Part shown: one piece after another, positions 8,718-17,755 of the stretch
How positions within the stretch are numbered: the first letter of the stretch is position 1
Layout: each line of letters starts with the position of its first letter
IMG/VR virus record: IMGVR_UViG_3300030372_002700
Coordinates: 1-35,186 of that record
Length of the DNA: 35,186 bases
DNA from: a virus
Taxonomy: Duplodnaviria > Caudoviricetes
Direction: 5' to 3' (one strand)
The notes under the pieces: generated by a model
Databases searched by the model: none
What the model was told of the DNA's origin: nothing
The model's input: only the letters and a program-made list of their open reading frames with translations
Position numbers and translations under genes: made by a program

Positions 8718-8925
8718 TAAAAAAATGACAGTAAACGATGTTGCAGAAAGGCTTACAAAGTTAGAAACAATATCACACGAGCGTTGGAAAACTGCATTCA
8801 ATGAGTTTTCTGATATAAAACAAGAAATCACTTATATTAATTCAACTATGAAAGCCGCAACCTTTGGTGTGTTTGGTTTTCTTGGTGCAATTGGTATAGC
8901 TGTTTTAACGAGCATATTAATATGA
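8710..8925 (+). CDS. Coiled-coil plus C-terminal TM protein (lysis-associated, XhlA-like architecture)
   Basis: 71 aa; ERLTKLE coiled coil and hydrophobic C-terminus; precedes holin and endolysin. Confidence 0.55.
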   Translation: MVNKKMTVNDVAERLTKLETISHERWKTAFNEFSDIKQEITYINSTMKAATFGVFGFLGAIGIAVLTSILI

Positions 8926-9401
8926 AAGGATTATTAAAAAATATAGTAGGTGCTGTTGCACCAACATTAGGCACAGCAATTAGTGGGCCTCTAGGTGGAA
9001 TGGCCATGGGTAAGATAGCAGAAGTGCTAGGTGTATCTAATGATCAAAAATCCGTACAACAAGCAATACAAAACGCTACTCCAGAACAAATGATGGAACT
9101 TAAAAAAGCTGAACAAGAGTTTGAAGTACAAATGAAAGAACTTGATGTAGATGTATTTAAGCTAGAAGTAGCTGACAAACAAAACGCTAGAGGTATATTT
9201 AGCAAAGATTGGACTGCTCGTATTATAGGTTTATTCACCATAGGTGGATTTTTAGGGTATATATTTTTAGTAACACTACAACCACCTGAACAAAACTCTG
9301 AAGCACTTATAAATTTAGTGCTTGGTTATCTTGGAGGGTTAGCAAGTGCAATTATTTCGTTTTATTTCGGAGCATCTCACACCAGCGATAAAGGAGAGTA
9401 A
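8922..9401 (+). CDS. Putative holin (3TM / GTA-holin-like)
   Basis: VAPTLGTAISGPLGG N-terminus, C-terminal TMs ending IISFYFGAS; directly before the endolysin. Confidence 0.7.
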   Translation: MKGLLKNIVGAVAPTLGTAISGPLGGMAMGKIAEVLGVSNDQKSVQQAIQNATPEQMMELKKAEQEFEVQMKELDVDVFKLEVADKQNARGIFSKDWTARIIGLFTIGGFLGYIFLVTLQPPEQNSEALINLVLGYLGGLASAIISFYFGASHTSDKGE

Positions 9402-9402
9402 C

Positions 9403-9846
9403 ATGAATATATCACAAGAAGGTTTATCTCTTATTAAAAAATTTGAAGGTTGTGAACTAGAAGCTTACAAATGTGCAGCAGGAGTTTGGACATATGGATG
9501 GGGTTCAACTAAAGGTGTAAAAGAAGGCGATACAATTACACAAGAAGAAGCAGATAGTTTACTTGTAGAAGAAATGTCTGAATACGAAGGATATGTTAAT
9601 GATATGGTTACTTCTGATCTAAAACAAAATGAGTTTGATGCTTTAGTATCTTGGGTTTATAACCTTGGGCCAAATAATTTATCTTCAAGCACATTATTGC
9701 AAAGACTTAACAACAAAGATTGGGATGATGTACCCAATCAAATTAAAAGATGGAATAAAGCTGGTGGGCAAGTGAAACAAGGCTTGGTAAGAAGAAGAGA
9801 AGCAGAAGCTTTGCTATTTGAAGGCAAAGAATGGCATGAGGTATAA
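9403..9846 (+). CDS. Endolysin, GH24 lysozyme
   Basis: KKFEGCELEAYKCAAGVWTYGWG catalytic region, QNEFDALVS, GLVRRREAEALLF. RBS AAGGAG before ATG 9403. Confidence 0.93.
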   Translation: MNISQEGLSLIKKFEGCELEAYKCAAGVWTYGWGSTKGVKEGDTITQEEADSLLVEEMSEYEGYVNDMVTSDLKQNEFDALVSWVYNLGPNNLSSSTLLQRLNNKDWDDVPNQIKRWNKAGGQVKQGLVRRREAEALLFEGKEWHEV

Positions 9847-9848
9847 CA

Positions 9849-11717
9849 ATGCCGTTGCAGAAACTTGTATTTAAACCTGGTATAAATAGAGAAGGAACTG
9901 ACTACGACAATGAGGGAGGTTGGTTTGATTGCAACCTTGTAAGATTTCGTAAAGGAAGACCAGAAAAGTTTGGGGGTTGGGAAAAAGAAACATCTAATAC
10001 TTATTTAGGAACCGCTAGAGCATTACACGCTTGGATTTCACTTGGAGGTACTAAATATCTAGGTCTTGGTACAACTTTTAAATACTATATAGAATCTGGT
10101 AATGTTTTTAATGATGTTACTCCAATAAGATCAACCACAAGTGCAGGGGACGTAACATTTTCTGCAAGTAATGGTGATGCCACTATAACTGTAGCCGATA
10201 CATCACACGGAGCAGTACAAAACGATTTTGTTACTTTTAGTGGAGCTGCAACATTAGGCGGCAATATAACAGCAAATGTACTAAATCAAGAGTATCAAAT
10301 AGCAACTATAGTAAATGCTAATAGCTATACAATTGAAGCGAAAGATACATCTGGAGCAACAGTTACAGCTAATTCTTCTGATTCAGGTAATGGTGGGTCT
10401 TCTGTTGTTGGCACTTACCAAATTAGTGTGGGTTTAGATGTTTACGTTCCTGGTACTGGTTGGGGTATAGATGGATGGGGATCTGGGACTTTTGGCAGCA
10501 CATCATCATTAGGAAACACAAATCAATTAAGAATATGGACTCATGACAACTTTGGTGAAAATTTAATAATAAATCAAAGAGCAGCAGGTATATATCAATG
10601 GACAGAAAATAATGGAGTAGGAACAAGAGCTGTAGAATTATCTGGTATATCAGGTGCAAATTTAGTGCCTACTAAAGGTTTACAAGTAATTACCTCTGAA
10701 AAAGATAGACATCTAATAATTTTAGGTGCAGATCCTATATCTGGATCTTCAAGGACTGGAACTGTAGATCCAATGCTCATAGCATTTAGTGATCAAGAAA
10801 ATGCTTTAGATTTTGAGCCCTTGTCAACGAACACTGCAGGTTCACTAAGGTTGTCAAGTGGCTCATCTATTATTGGTGGTGTAAAAGCAAGACAAGAAAT
10901 ATTAGTTTGGACTGATACAGCACTTTATAGTATGCAGTTCATAGGCCCACCATTTACTTTTGGTATAAATCTTATTAACGAAGGTACAGGGTTGATAGGT
11001 CCAAAGGCTGCCGTTACTACACCAAGTGGTGTTTACTGGATGAGCTATAACAACTTTTATTCATACAATGGTAGCGTACAAACTTTACCTTGTTCAGTTC
11101 ATAATTACGTATTTGGAGACATTAATCTAACTCAATCATTTAAAATAAATGCTTTTACTATTAAAGACAAAAGTGAAGTAGGTTGGTTTTATTGTTCAAG
11201 CGATGCTACAGAAGTTGATAGGTATGTTATATATAACTATGTAGAAGGGTTGTGGTTTTATGGACAATTGTCTAGAACTGCTTGGCTTGATTCTGGTATT
11301 GTCAATTATCCAAGAGCTGTAAGCAATGGTTATTTATATAAACAAGAAGCAGGTTTTAACGCAGATGGATCTCCAATGACCAACGTATTTATAGAGAGCA
11401 GTGATCTTGATATAGGAGATGGCAATCAATTTAGTTTTGTAAAAAGAATAATACCAGATTATAAATTTATACAAGACGATAATAACGGCAATGTAAATGT
11501 TGTTTTAAAAACTAGAAATTTTCCAGGCGATTCTCTTGCAACCAACTCCACAAGTGCAATAACATCTTCTACTCAACAAGTATATGTACGCAGTAGGTCA
11601 AGGCAAATAGCACTAAGGTTTGAGTCTGACGATGACGCTACTAACGATGGTAATTTATCAATAGGATGGAGGTTAGGAGCTACACGTATAGATATAAAGC
11701 CAGATGGTAAAAGATGA
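9849..11717 (+). CDS. Tail / packaged-DNA stabilisation protein (P22 gp10-like beta-propeller)
   Basis: 622 aa; PGINREGT...GWFDCNLVRFR, IAFSDQE, LVWTDTALYSM, WRLGATRIDI; lies before the internal virion genes. Confidence 0.7.
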   Translation: MPLQKLVFKPGINREGTDYDNEGGWFDCNLVRFRKGRPEKFGGWEKETSNTYLGTARALHAWISLGGTKYLGLGTTFKYYIESGNVFNDVTPIRSTTSAGDVTFSASNGDATITVADTSHGAVQNDFVTFSGAATLGGNITANVLNQEYQIATIVNANSYTIEAKDTSGATVTANSSDSGNGGSSVVGTYQISVGLDVYVPGTGWGIDGWGSGTFGSTSSLGNTNQLRIWTHDNFGENLIINQRAAGIYQWTENNGVGTRAVELSGISGANLVPTKGLQVITSEKDRHLIILGADPISGSSRTGTVDPMLIAFSDQENALDFEPLSTNTAGSLRLSSGSSIIGGVKARQEILVWTDTALYSMQFIGPPFTFGINLINEGTGLIGPKAAVTTPSGVYWMSYNNFYSYNGSVQTLPCSVHNYVFGDINLTQSFKINAFTIKDKSEVGWFYCSSDATEVDRYVIYNYVEGLWFYGQLSRTAWLDSGIVNYPRAVSNGYLYKQEAGFNADGSPMTNVFIESSDLDIGDGNQFSFVKRIIPDYKFIQDDNNGNVNVVLKTRNFPGDSLATNSTSAITSSTQQVYVRSRSRQIALRFESDDDATNDGNLSIGWRLGATRIDIKPDGKR

Positions 11718-12040
11718 GTAAGTTACTACAAACACAACTACCTATTGCCAGTGATACAGTTACTTCAGACATTTTTAATAGATTAGTAAGAATATTAGAA
11801 ATAAATCTTGGTGCTATAGATCTTGATAACGTTAGACAAATAAGTGATTCAGAAAAAAATACACTTAAATTTAACGATGGTAGTATTATTTGGAACACTA
11901 CAGTTGGTGTTCTGCAAGTATATACAGGCAATAAATGGGTTGATATAGGCGATAGAACCTCACCTAAAGGTTTTGAAATGACAACTTCAGTAGGTGCAGT
12001 TTCTGTAAAAACTAATGGCGATATAACTATAGAACTATGA
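11714..12040 (+). CDS. Hypothetical virion-module protein
   Basis: 108 aa with ATGA overlaps; GSIIWNTTVGVLQVYTGNKW motif is typical of tail proteins. Confidence 0.6.
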   Translation: MSKLLQTQLPIASDTVTSDIFNRLVRILEINLGAIDLDNVRQISDSEKNTLKFNDGSIIWNTTVGVLQVYTGNKWVDIGDRTSPKGFEMTTSVGAVSVKTNGDITIEL

Positions 12041-12744
12041 TCAATACAGCAGAAGACCTAAACTATAAAACAAAAAACATTCTTCTAGAACATCCTGCTG
12101 ATTGGTACATACAAAAAGATACTTTTAAAGCAGTAAAAGATTCTATACAACCTATTGTAAACTTTTATGAAGATAGTGGTTTGCAGCCTAGAAAAGACAC
12201 AAAGTTAGATAAAATTATTCAAGAACCTTTAAAAGATGTTTACACAGTTCCTTTTTTTTCAGAAAAGTTTTGCAACATACTTTTAGATGAAATGAAGCAT
12301 TTAGAGGCATACTTTGGGTTTAATCCTAACCCAGAAGAAGATAATTTACGGCAGATACCAGAAATAACTTTTCAAGATAATTGTCCACAAATCTTTCAAT
12401 CTTTGATGCAAACGATATATACTATAGGAAATCCTATATTTTTGAATATTTGGAATCGACACGTAGATAGTGGCGGAATACAAATAGCAAACTATAATTT
12501 AAAGGATAAAAAACAAGGTGCTTGGCATCACGATGCAAGTGCTGATATTAGTATGGTAGTTCCTTTGAACACTGGAAAGTACAAAGGTGGCGGAACTGAG
12601 TTTTTAAAACGTGGTACAGTTGAGCCATTACCTACAGGCCACGCTCTTATTTTTCCGAGTTTTACTCATATGCACAGGGGACTTGCAGTAGAATCAGGAG
12701 ATAGATACTTATTAGTATTTTGGTTAAAATGTTTACAGGAATAA
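12037..12744 (+). CDS. 2OG-Fe(II) oxygenase (PLOD/OGFOD2-like hydroxylase domain)
   Basis: HxD...H triad (WHHDAS...THMHRG), YKGGGTEF, and the 2OG-binding Arg in GDRYLLVFW. Confidence 0.88.
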   Translation: MINTAEDLNYKTKNILLEHPADWYIQKDTFKAVKDSIQPIVNFYEDSGLQPRKDTKLDKIIQEPLKDVYTVPFFSEKFCNILLDEMKHLEAYFGFNPNPEEDNLRQIPEITFQDNCPQIFQSLMQTIYTIGNPIFLNIWNRHVDSGGIQIANYNLKDKKQGAWHHDASADISMVVPLNTGKYKGGGTEFLKRGTVEPLPTGHALIFPSFTHMHRGLAVESGDRYLLVFWLKCLQE

Positions 12745-12745
12745 T

Positions 12746-13822
12746 TTGAGCATGAATAGAATCGACAACTCAGGTAAAGGCATAGCAGGTTTAGGAAGAG
12801 GAGAGGACAGTATGCTTGCTCACGTAGCACCAGGAGAAATGGTAGTCCCACCAGTTATTACTCCACAAACACAAAAAATTATAGAACAAGAAATGATGGC
12901 GGTTGGACTTAATCCTAATGAATATAGGGTTGGTGAAGGTATGTCCATAAATCCAATAACGGGTATGGCAGAGTTTGGGTTCTTAAAAAAACTAGGTAAA
13001 AAACTTAAAAAAGTAGTTAAAAAAGTAGCACCAGTTGCTATGTTTATACCTGGAGTAGGTCAAGCTTTAGGCGGTGTATTAGGTGGTCTAGGATCTAAAA
13101 TTGGTCTTACAGCAGCTAAATTTCCTAAATTAGCAAATTTTGCACAAACTGTAGCGGGTGCTGGTATTCCTGGTATTTCACAAATTGCTGGAGGTATGAC
13201 AGCAGGACCAGGAAACTATGGTTCTACAATCACAACTGGATTAACACAACCTTTTGGTGGTTTTTTCAGCAGTGCTACTGGATCGACCTTGGGACCAGTA
13301 GGATCAGGCATACAGTCAAGTCTTTCAAAGGCTTTTCCTGGATTAATACCAGGTGCTACTGGATCTACTTCACAAGGTGGTGGAATGAATTTACCACTAC
13401 TCCTATTAGCTGGTGCTTATGGTAAAGCAGTTAAATCTGATTATGAAAAGAAACAAGGTGGTTTACAAGATATAAGAACATCAATACGACCAGACTTGAT
13501 GCCTCAACAAACATTTCAAGGTTTTGATATGGGCATAAGAGGAGCTAAAGATGGTGGATTACAAGAATTAGATATGCGTATGGGTGGTCCTTCAGTGGGG
13601 CCAGGAACAGGCACAAGTGATGATATACCAGCTATGTTGAGTGATGGTGAGTTTGTAATGACATCAGCAGCTAACAATGGTTTAGGTGGATTTAAAGTAA
13701 CAAAAACAGAAACAGGCATAGAACTTATACCAAATGGTTCACCAAATAGACAAAAGGGTGCTGAAAACATGGACAAGCTTATGAAAACTTTTGAGCAATT
13801 TAATAAAATAGGACAAGTATAA
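12746..13822 (+). CDS. Putative internal virion / DNA ejection protein
   Basis: Gly-rich hydrophobic stretches; DSMLAHVAPGE, INPITGMAEF and GTGTSDDIPAMLSDGEFV motifs; genomic position. Confidence 0.6.
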   Translation: MSMNRIDNSGKGIAGLGRGEDSMLAHVAPGEMVVPPVITPQTQKIIEQEMMAVGLNPNEYRVGEGMSINPITGMAEFGFLKKLGKKLKKVVKKVAPVAMFIPGVGQALGGVLGGLGSKIGLTAAKFPKLANFAQTVAGAGIPGISQIAGGMTAGPGNYGSTITTGLTQPFGGFFSSATGSTLGPVGSGIQSSLSKAFPGLIPGATGSTSQGGGMNLPLLLLAGAYGKAVKSDYEKKQGGLQDIRTSIRPDLMPQQTFQGFDMGIRGAKDGGLQELDMRMGGPSVGPGTGTSDDIPAMLSDGEFVMTSAANNGLGGFKVTKTETGIELIPNGSPNRQKGAENMDKLMKTFEQFNKIGQV

Positions 13823-15774
13823 TGGGCTTTTTATCACAAGCATTTAAAGATCAAATTATGTCTCCAATTGGTAGGCCAATGCCTGCTATGGGTGTAAGGC
13901 CAATGTTAAGAGAACCTGGATTAGATATACCAGGAGAAAGAAGTATATTTGAACAACCAAGTCCTTTTGGTCCACCCTTACCTCCAACTCCACGACCACC
14001 AGTAGTAGGCGGTCCAGTTTTACCTCCTGTTGACCCTCGTATAATCCCACAAAGACCACCATCAATAGGTGGTGTAGGCGGTATAAATCAACCCATAAAT
14101 CAACCATTACAACCAGTTTTACAACAACCACAACCACCACAAACAGGAGGTATTCCAGTAACAGGTGGTGGACCATTAGGAAGTGGTATTTTGCCTATAG
14201 CTAATTTACCGACAGGCCCAGTATCACCACCAACAAATATAGGCATACAAATACCAGATAATCCTGTGGGCGGCATAACTGCTGTGCCACAAGCCCAGCC
14301 TATGCCGCCAGTAGCCTTGGGTAGTCCAGAGTTTTTAGCAAGACAAAAACAACTAAGAGAAGCAATAATTGCTGCTGGAGATGATCCAGATCAAAAAGCT
14401 TATGCATTTGGTGGAGGTAATGGTTTAGAAAAAATGCCTGTACCACCCAAGCGTGAAGATTTTATGTCTATAGGTGGTCCTGGTGGTGGGTTTAATGATG
14501 ATAGAGTATTTGCAGGCGGTAGTCCTACATTTAATGAAAGAGGATCTGTATTTACACAACCTTCTGTAGGAGATGGTATGACATCACCAAGTTTAATTGG
14601 GCAAGAAATAAACGCACCAATGCCTACTCCAGTACCAGAGCCAGTTGTACAACCAACTATCCCAGATCCAACTGTAAGCACAGAGCCTGTTACAACTCCC
14701 ACAGATCCTAATATGTCTGTAAATATGCCTGTCGCACCTATAGATCCTGTATTGTTACAACAATCTGCCTCTGAAGTTCAAACAGACCCATTATTGAGGT
14801 CTTTATATTTTGGTACAGCAGATTCACCAGGTTTTTATAATCAACTACAACAAGCAGGTGCTAACCTAATTGGTAGTGATGTACCATTACAACAAACTGC
14901 AGGTCTCACTCCACTAGAATTATTAGCTAGACAACAGGCTGTAGCAGGATTAGGTGGTTTTGAACCATTTTTACAACAAAACAGAAATTTAGTAAATCAA
15001 GCTATAGAACAATCAAGAAGAGCAGAAGGACTCCAAGATCCTTATTACACACAAGCTGAAGAAATATATAAAGATACTATGGGTGCTTATGACCCTAGTA
15101 TGACTCAACAGTTCTACAATCCTTATGAGGATGCAGTAGTACAACAAACTATTGAAGATGTAATGAAAGCAGGAGATAAACAAGATATAGCTGCTAGAGC
15201 TCGTGAGATTAGTTCTGGTGCATTTGGTGGCAGCAGGGCAAGACTTGGTGCAGAAGAACGTAGACAAGACCTTGGAGAAGGCTTAGCAAAAGCATTAAGT
15301 GGTATTAGATCACAAGGATTCCAAAGTGCACAAGCAACTGGACTTGGTGAGTTTGCAAGACAGCAAGCAGCTAAAAGAACTGGAGCTCAAGGACTTATGG
15401 GTATTGGTGTAGGCAGAGGAAGTGCTGCATCTGACTTAGGAAGACAGCTAGCAGGTTATGGTAGCCAAATGACTGGCTTGGGTAGAACACAAGAAGAACT
15501 AAGAAGAGGTCAAAGAGGAGAACTATCAGGATATGGTACAACTGGCAGAGGCATTGCTGAAACTGGATTAGGTAGAATATATGAGCAACAGATGGGACAA
15601 CAAATGCGTCCATTAGGCGTATTAGGTCAGATTGGTTCTATGTTACCTGGGTATCAAGCTGCAAGTTCAAGAATTGACTCACAATATGGTATGCCCACAG
15701 ATCCAGCCGCTGCAGGATTAGGAGCTGCATTCAGTGCTTATGGTGCTGTTGCTCCTAAACAAGGGAGCAGTTAG
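13822..15774 (+). CDS. Putative internal virion / DNA transfer protein with Pro-rich N-terminal half
   Basis: About 300 aa of Pro/Gly low complexity, then a Q/A/G-rich helical region with FYNPYEDAVV...GAFGGSRA. Confidence 0.6.
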   Translation: MGFLSQAFKDQIMSPIGRPMPAMGVRPMLREPGLDIPGERSIFEQPSPFGPPLPPTPRPPVVGGPVLPPVDPRIIPQRPPSIGGVGGINQPINQPLQPVLQQPQPPQTGGIPVTGGGPLGSGILPIANLPTGPVSPPTNIGIQIPDNPVGGITAVPQAQPMPPVALGSPEFLARQKQLREAIIAAGDDPDQKAYAFGGGNGLEKMPVPPKREDFMSIGGPGGGFNDDRVFAGGSPTFNERGSVFTQPSVGDGMTSPSLIGQEINAPMPTPVPEPVVQPTIPDPTVSTEPVTTPTDPNMSVNMPVAPIDPVLLQQSASEVQTDPLLRSLYFGTADSPGFYNQLQQAGANLIGSDVPLQQTAGLTPLELLARQQAVAGLGGFEPFLQQNRNLVNQAIEQSRRAEGLQDPYYTQAEEIYKDTMGAYDPSMTQQFYNPYEDAVVQQTIEDVMKAGDKQDIAARAREISSGAFGGSRARLGAEERRQDLGEGLAKALSGIRSQGFQSAQATGLGEFARQQAAKRTGAQGLMGIGVGRGSAASDLGRQLAGYGSQMTGLGRTQEELRRGQRGELSGYGTTGRGIAETGLGRIYEQQMGQQMRPLGVLGQIGSMLPGYQAASSRIDSQYGMPTDPAAAGLGAAFSAYGAVAPKQGSS

Positions 15775-17750
15775 TGAATTTTCTAAAACGTAAAATGTTT
15801 CAAGATGGTGGTCCTGCTGCTGTAGACGAACGTTATTTTGTTATTGACAAAATTAATAACGAAAAATTTTTTGTAACAGAAAATCAAATAACAGATATTT
15901 TAAAATATGCTAATTTGGGCACTGTAGAGGCGTTGATTCAAAATCCAGATACAGAATATAGTCCAGATTTAAAACAAATTTTTAGAAAAATTGTTGGTCA
16001 AAGAGCAGTTGATGTAACAACCCTTGATCCAGCTACATTTGAATTTGGTGAAATGTTACCAGATACTACGTCTATAAAATCAGCGTTGCAAGATTTTGGT
16101 GGATTTGCATTAGATTTTGGGGGAACAGCAGCAGAGCAATTGATAAATCTTGGGAGAAAAGGTTTTTCAGGTCTTCAAGAAAAAGGTTACGATGAGTTTG
16201 GAAACCCATTACCAGAAGTCATGCCAATCGACTATTATAAAACTGATAGATTTCCATTTGATGAAAACAATCCTGGTGGACAAGCTTCGTTTGATTTTGA
16301 CCGATTTGATAAAGGTATGCTTAGAAGAGGTTTTACACAAGAACAATTAGTAGATGTTTTAAAACAAGCACAAGTTGGCGATATAATAAAAGATTTTACA
16401 CCTGAATTAACAGGACTTAATACAGAAGTTGACGCATCTTCTTTTGATTTTAGAGATGAAGATATAGCAGCTAGACAACCAAAATATATAGTACCTCCTG
16501 ATGAATTTGTTTCAAAACAAGAAAGAATTGATGCTAGCCCCATTCAAAGCGAAACTTTAGGAACCATAAGTCCAGAAGAAGCAGCAGAAAGACGAGCTAG
16601 ATTTCAAGAGTCTATAGAAGGTGTTGATGAGTTTGGTTTACCTATACCTGGTTTTGATAAAAGAACAAGCATGATAGATGATGGTATTGCTGAAGCCATA
16701 CGAGAGCTACAACCAGCAGAATCTAAAGTTGATATAGATAAAACAGAAGCTGATACTTTATTAGATACACAAGATAAGTTTGATGGCAAGTTTGATCCAC
16801 CAAAAATTGAGTTAGATAAGGTTGATACCAAATTAACTACGGGCGATAAAATTCGTGAGAAATTAGATACAAAAACAATTCCTGTTATAAAAGAAACTTT
16901 TGGTGTGTTCGGATCAGATAGGTTCTTAGATTTTATAAGAAACGTTGGTGGTGAATTAGTTAGGACAGGACAAATGGGAGAAGGTTTAGCATCTGGAGCT
17001 GCAAAAGCATCAGAGGAAAGAGCAGCAAGAGAACTTCTACAACAACAAGAAGATAAAAAATATAAAAGAGATTTAGCTCTTGCAGTTGCTGTAGAGGCTG
17101 CTAAAAATGCTGGCAAAAAAGATTTTACGGTAACTGATATAGACAAAATTACTACTAGAGAAGAAGAATTAGCTGAAAATATAAGAGGATTCAACAAAAG
17201 TGCAAATACACTTTCTAACTTAAATTACGTAATACAAACATTACAAACTGGTGGTGCTACTGGTTTGAGAGGTTTCTTTGGTGAAGCAACAGACCAAATT
17301 GAAGCTGCAATAAAATCTGATACTGGTAAAACTTTTGAAGAATTACAACCACGTACAAGAGCTAATGCTTTATTAAATGTATTACGACAAGCCAACGTAA
17401 GAGAAATATTAGGAGAGTCTGGTAAAACCATTTCTAACTTAGATAGACAAATAGTTGAAGATGTATTTGGTGATATTAAAATTACGACACCAGTTTCCAT
17501 ATCAATTAAAAAACTTGAAGACAGTAGAGTTAGAATTGTAGATGGCATGATGGAGCAACAAAATAAAGTTATTGCAGCTAAAAGTTTCTTTGATAAAGTA
17601 GGCGTTGAATCAAATGTTTACAATATTAATCAACCTATAATTGATCTTATAAAATCTTTTTCTATTGCTAATGCCAACACATATATTGAAGATAGAGACA
17701 TACAAGATACATCGGTAATTGACATAGATTATCGTACACCAGGTACCTAA
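15774..17750 (+). CDS. Putative internal virion protein
   Basis: 658 aa, GTG start overlapping the upstream stop; RKMFQDGG N-terminal motif; helical C-terminal part. Confidence 0.55.
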   Translation: MNFLKRKMFQDGGPAAVDERYFVIDKINNEKFFVTENQITDILKYANLGTVEALIQNPDTEYSPDLKQIFRKIVGQRAVDVTTLDPATFEFGEMLPDTTSIKSALQDFGGFALDFGGTAAEQLINLGRKGFSGLQEKGYDEFGNPLPEVMPIDYYKTDRFPFDENNPGGQASFDFDRFDKGMLRRGFTQEQLVDVLKQAQVGDIIKDFTPELTGLNTEVDASSFDFRDEDIAARQPKYIVPPDEFVSKQERIDASPIQSETLGTISPEEAAERRARFQESIEGVDEFGLPIPGFDKRTSMIDDGIAEAIRELQPAESKVDIDKTEADTLLDTQDKFDGKFDPPKIELDKVDTKLTTGDKIREKLDTKTIPVIKETFGVFGSDRFLDFIRNVGGELVRTGQMGEGLASGAAKASEERAARELLQQQEDKKYKRDLALAVAVEAAKNAGKKDFTVTDIDKITTREEELAENIRGFNKSANTLSNLNYVIQTLQTGGATGLRGFFGEATDQIEAAIKSDTGKTFEELQPRTRANALLNVLRQANVREILGESGKTISNLDRQIVEDVFGDIKITTPVSISIKKLEDSRVRIVDGMMEQQNKVIAAKSFFDKVGVESNVYNINQPIIDLIKSFSIANANTYIEDRDIQDTSVIDIDYRTPGT

Positions 17751-17755
17751 ATATA

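Noticed and set aside
9346-9402. Extended N-terminus of the endolysin (possible SAR signal)
   Set aside because: Overlaps the holin gene and is not hydrophobic; the RBS supports the ATG at 9403.
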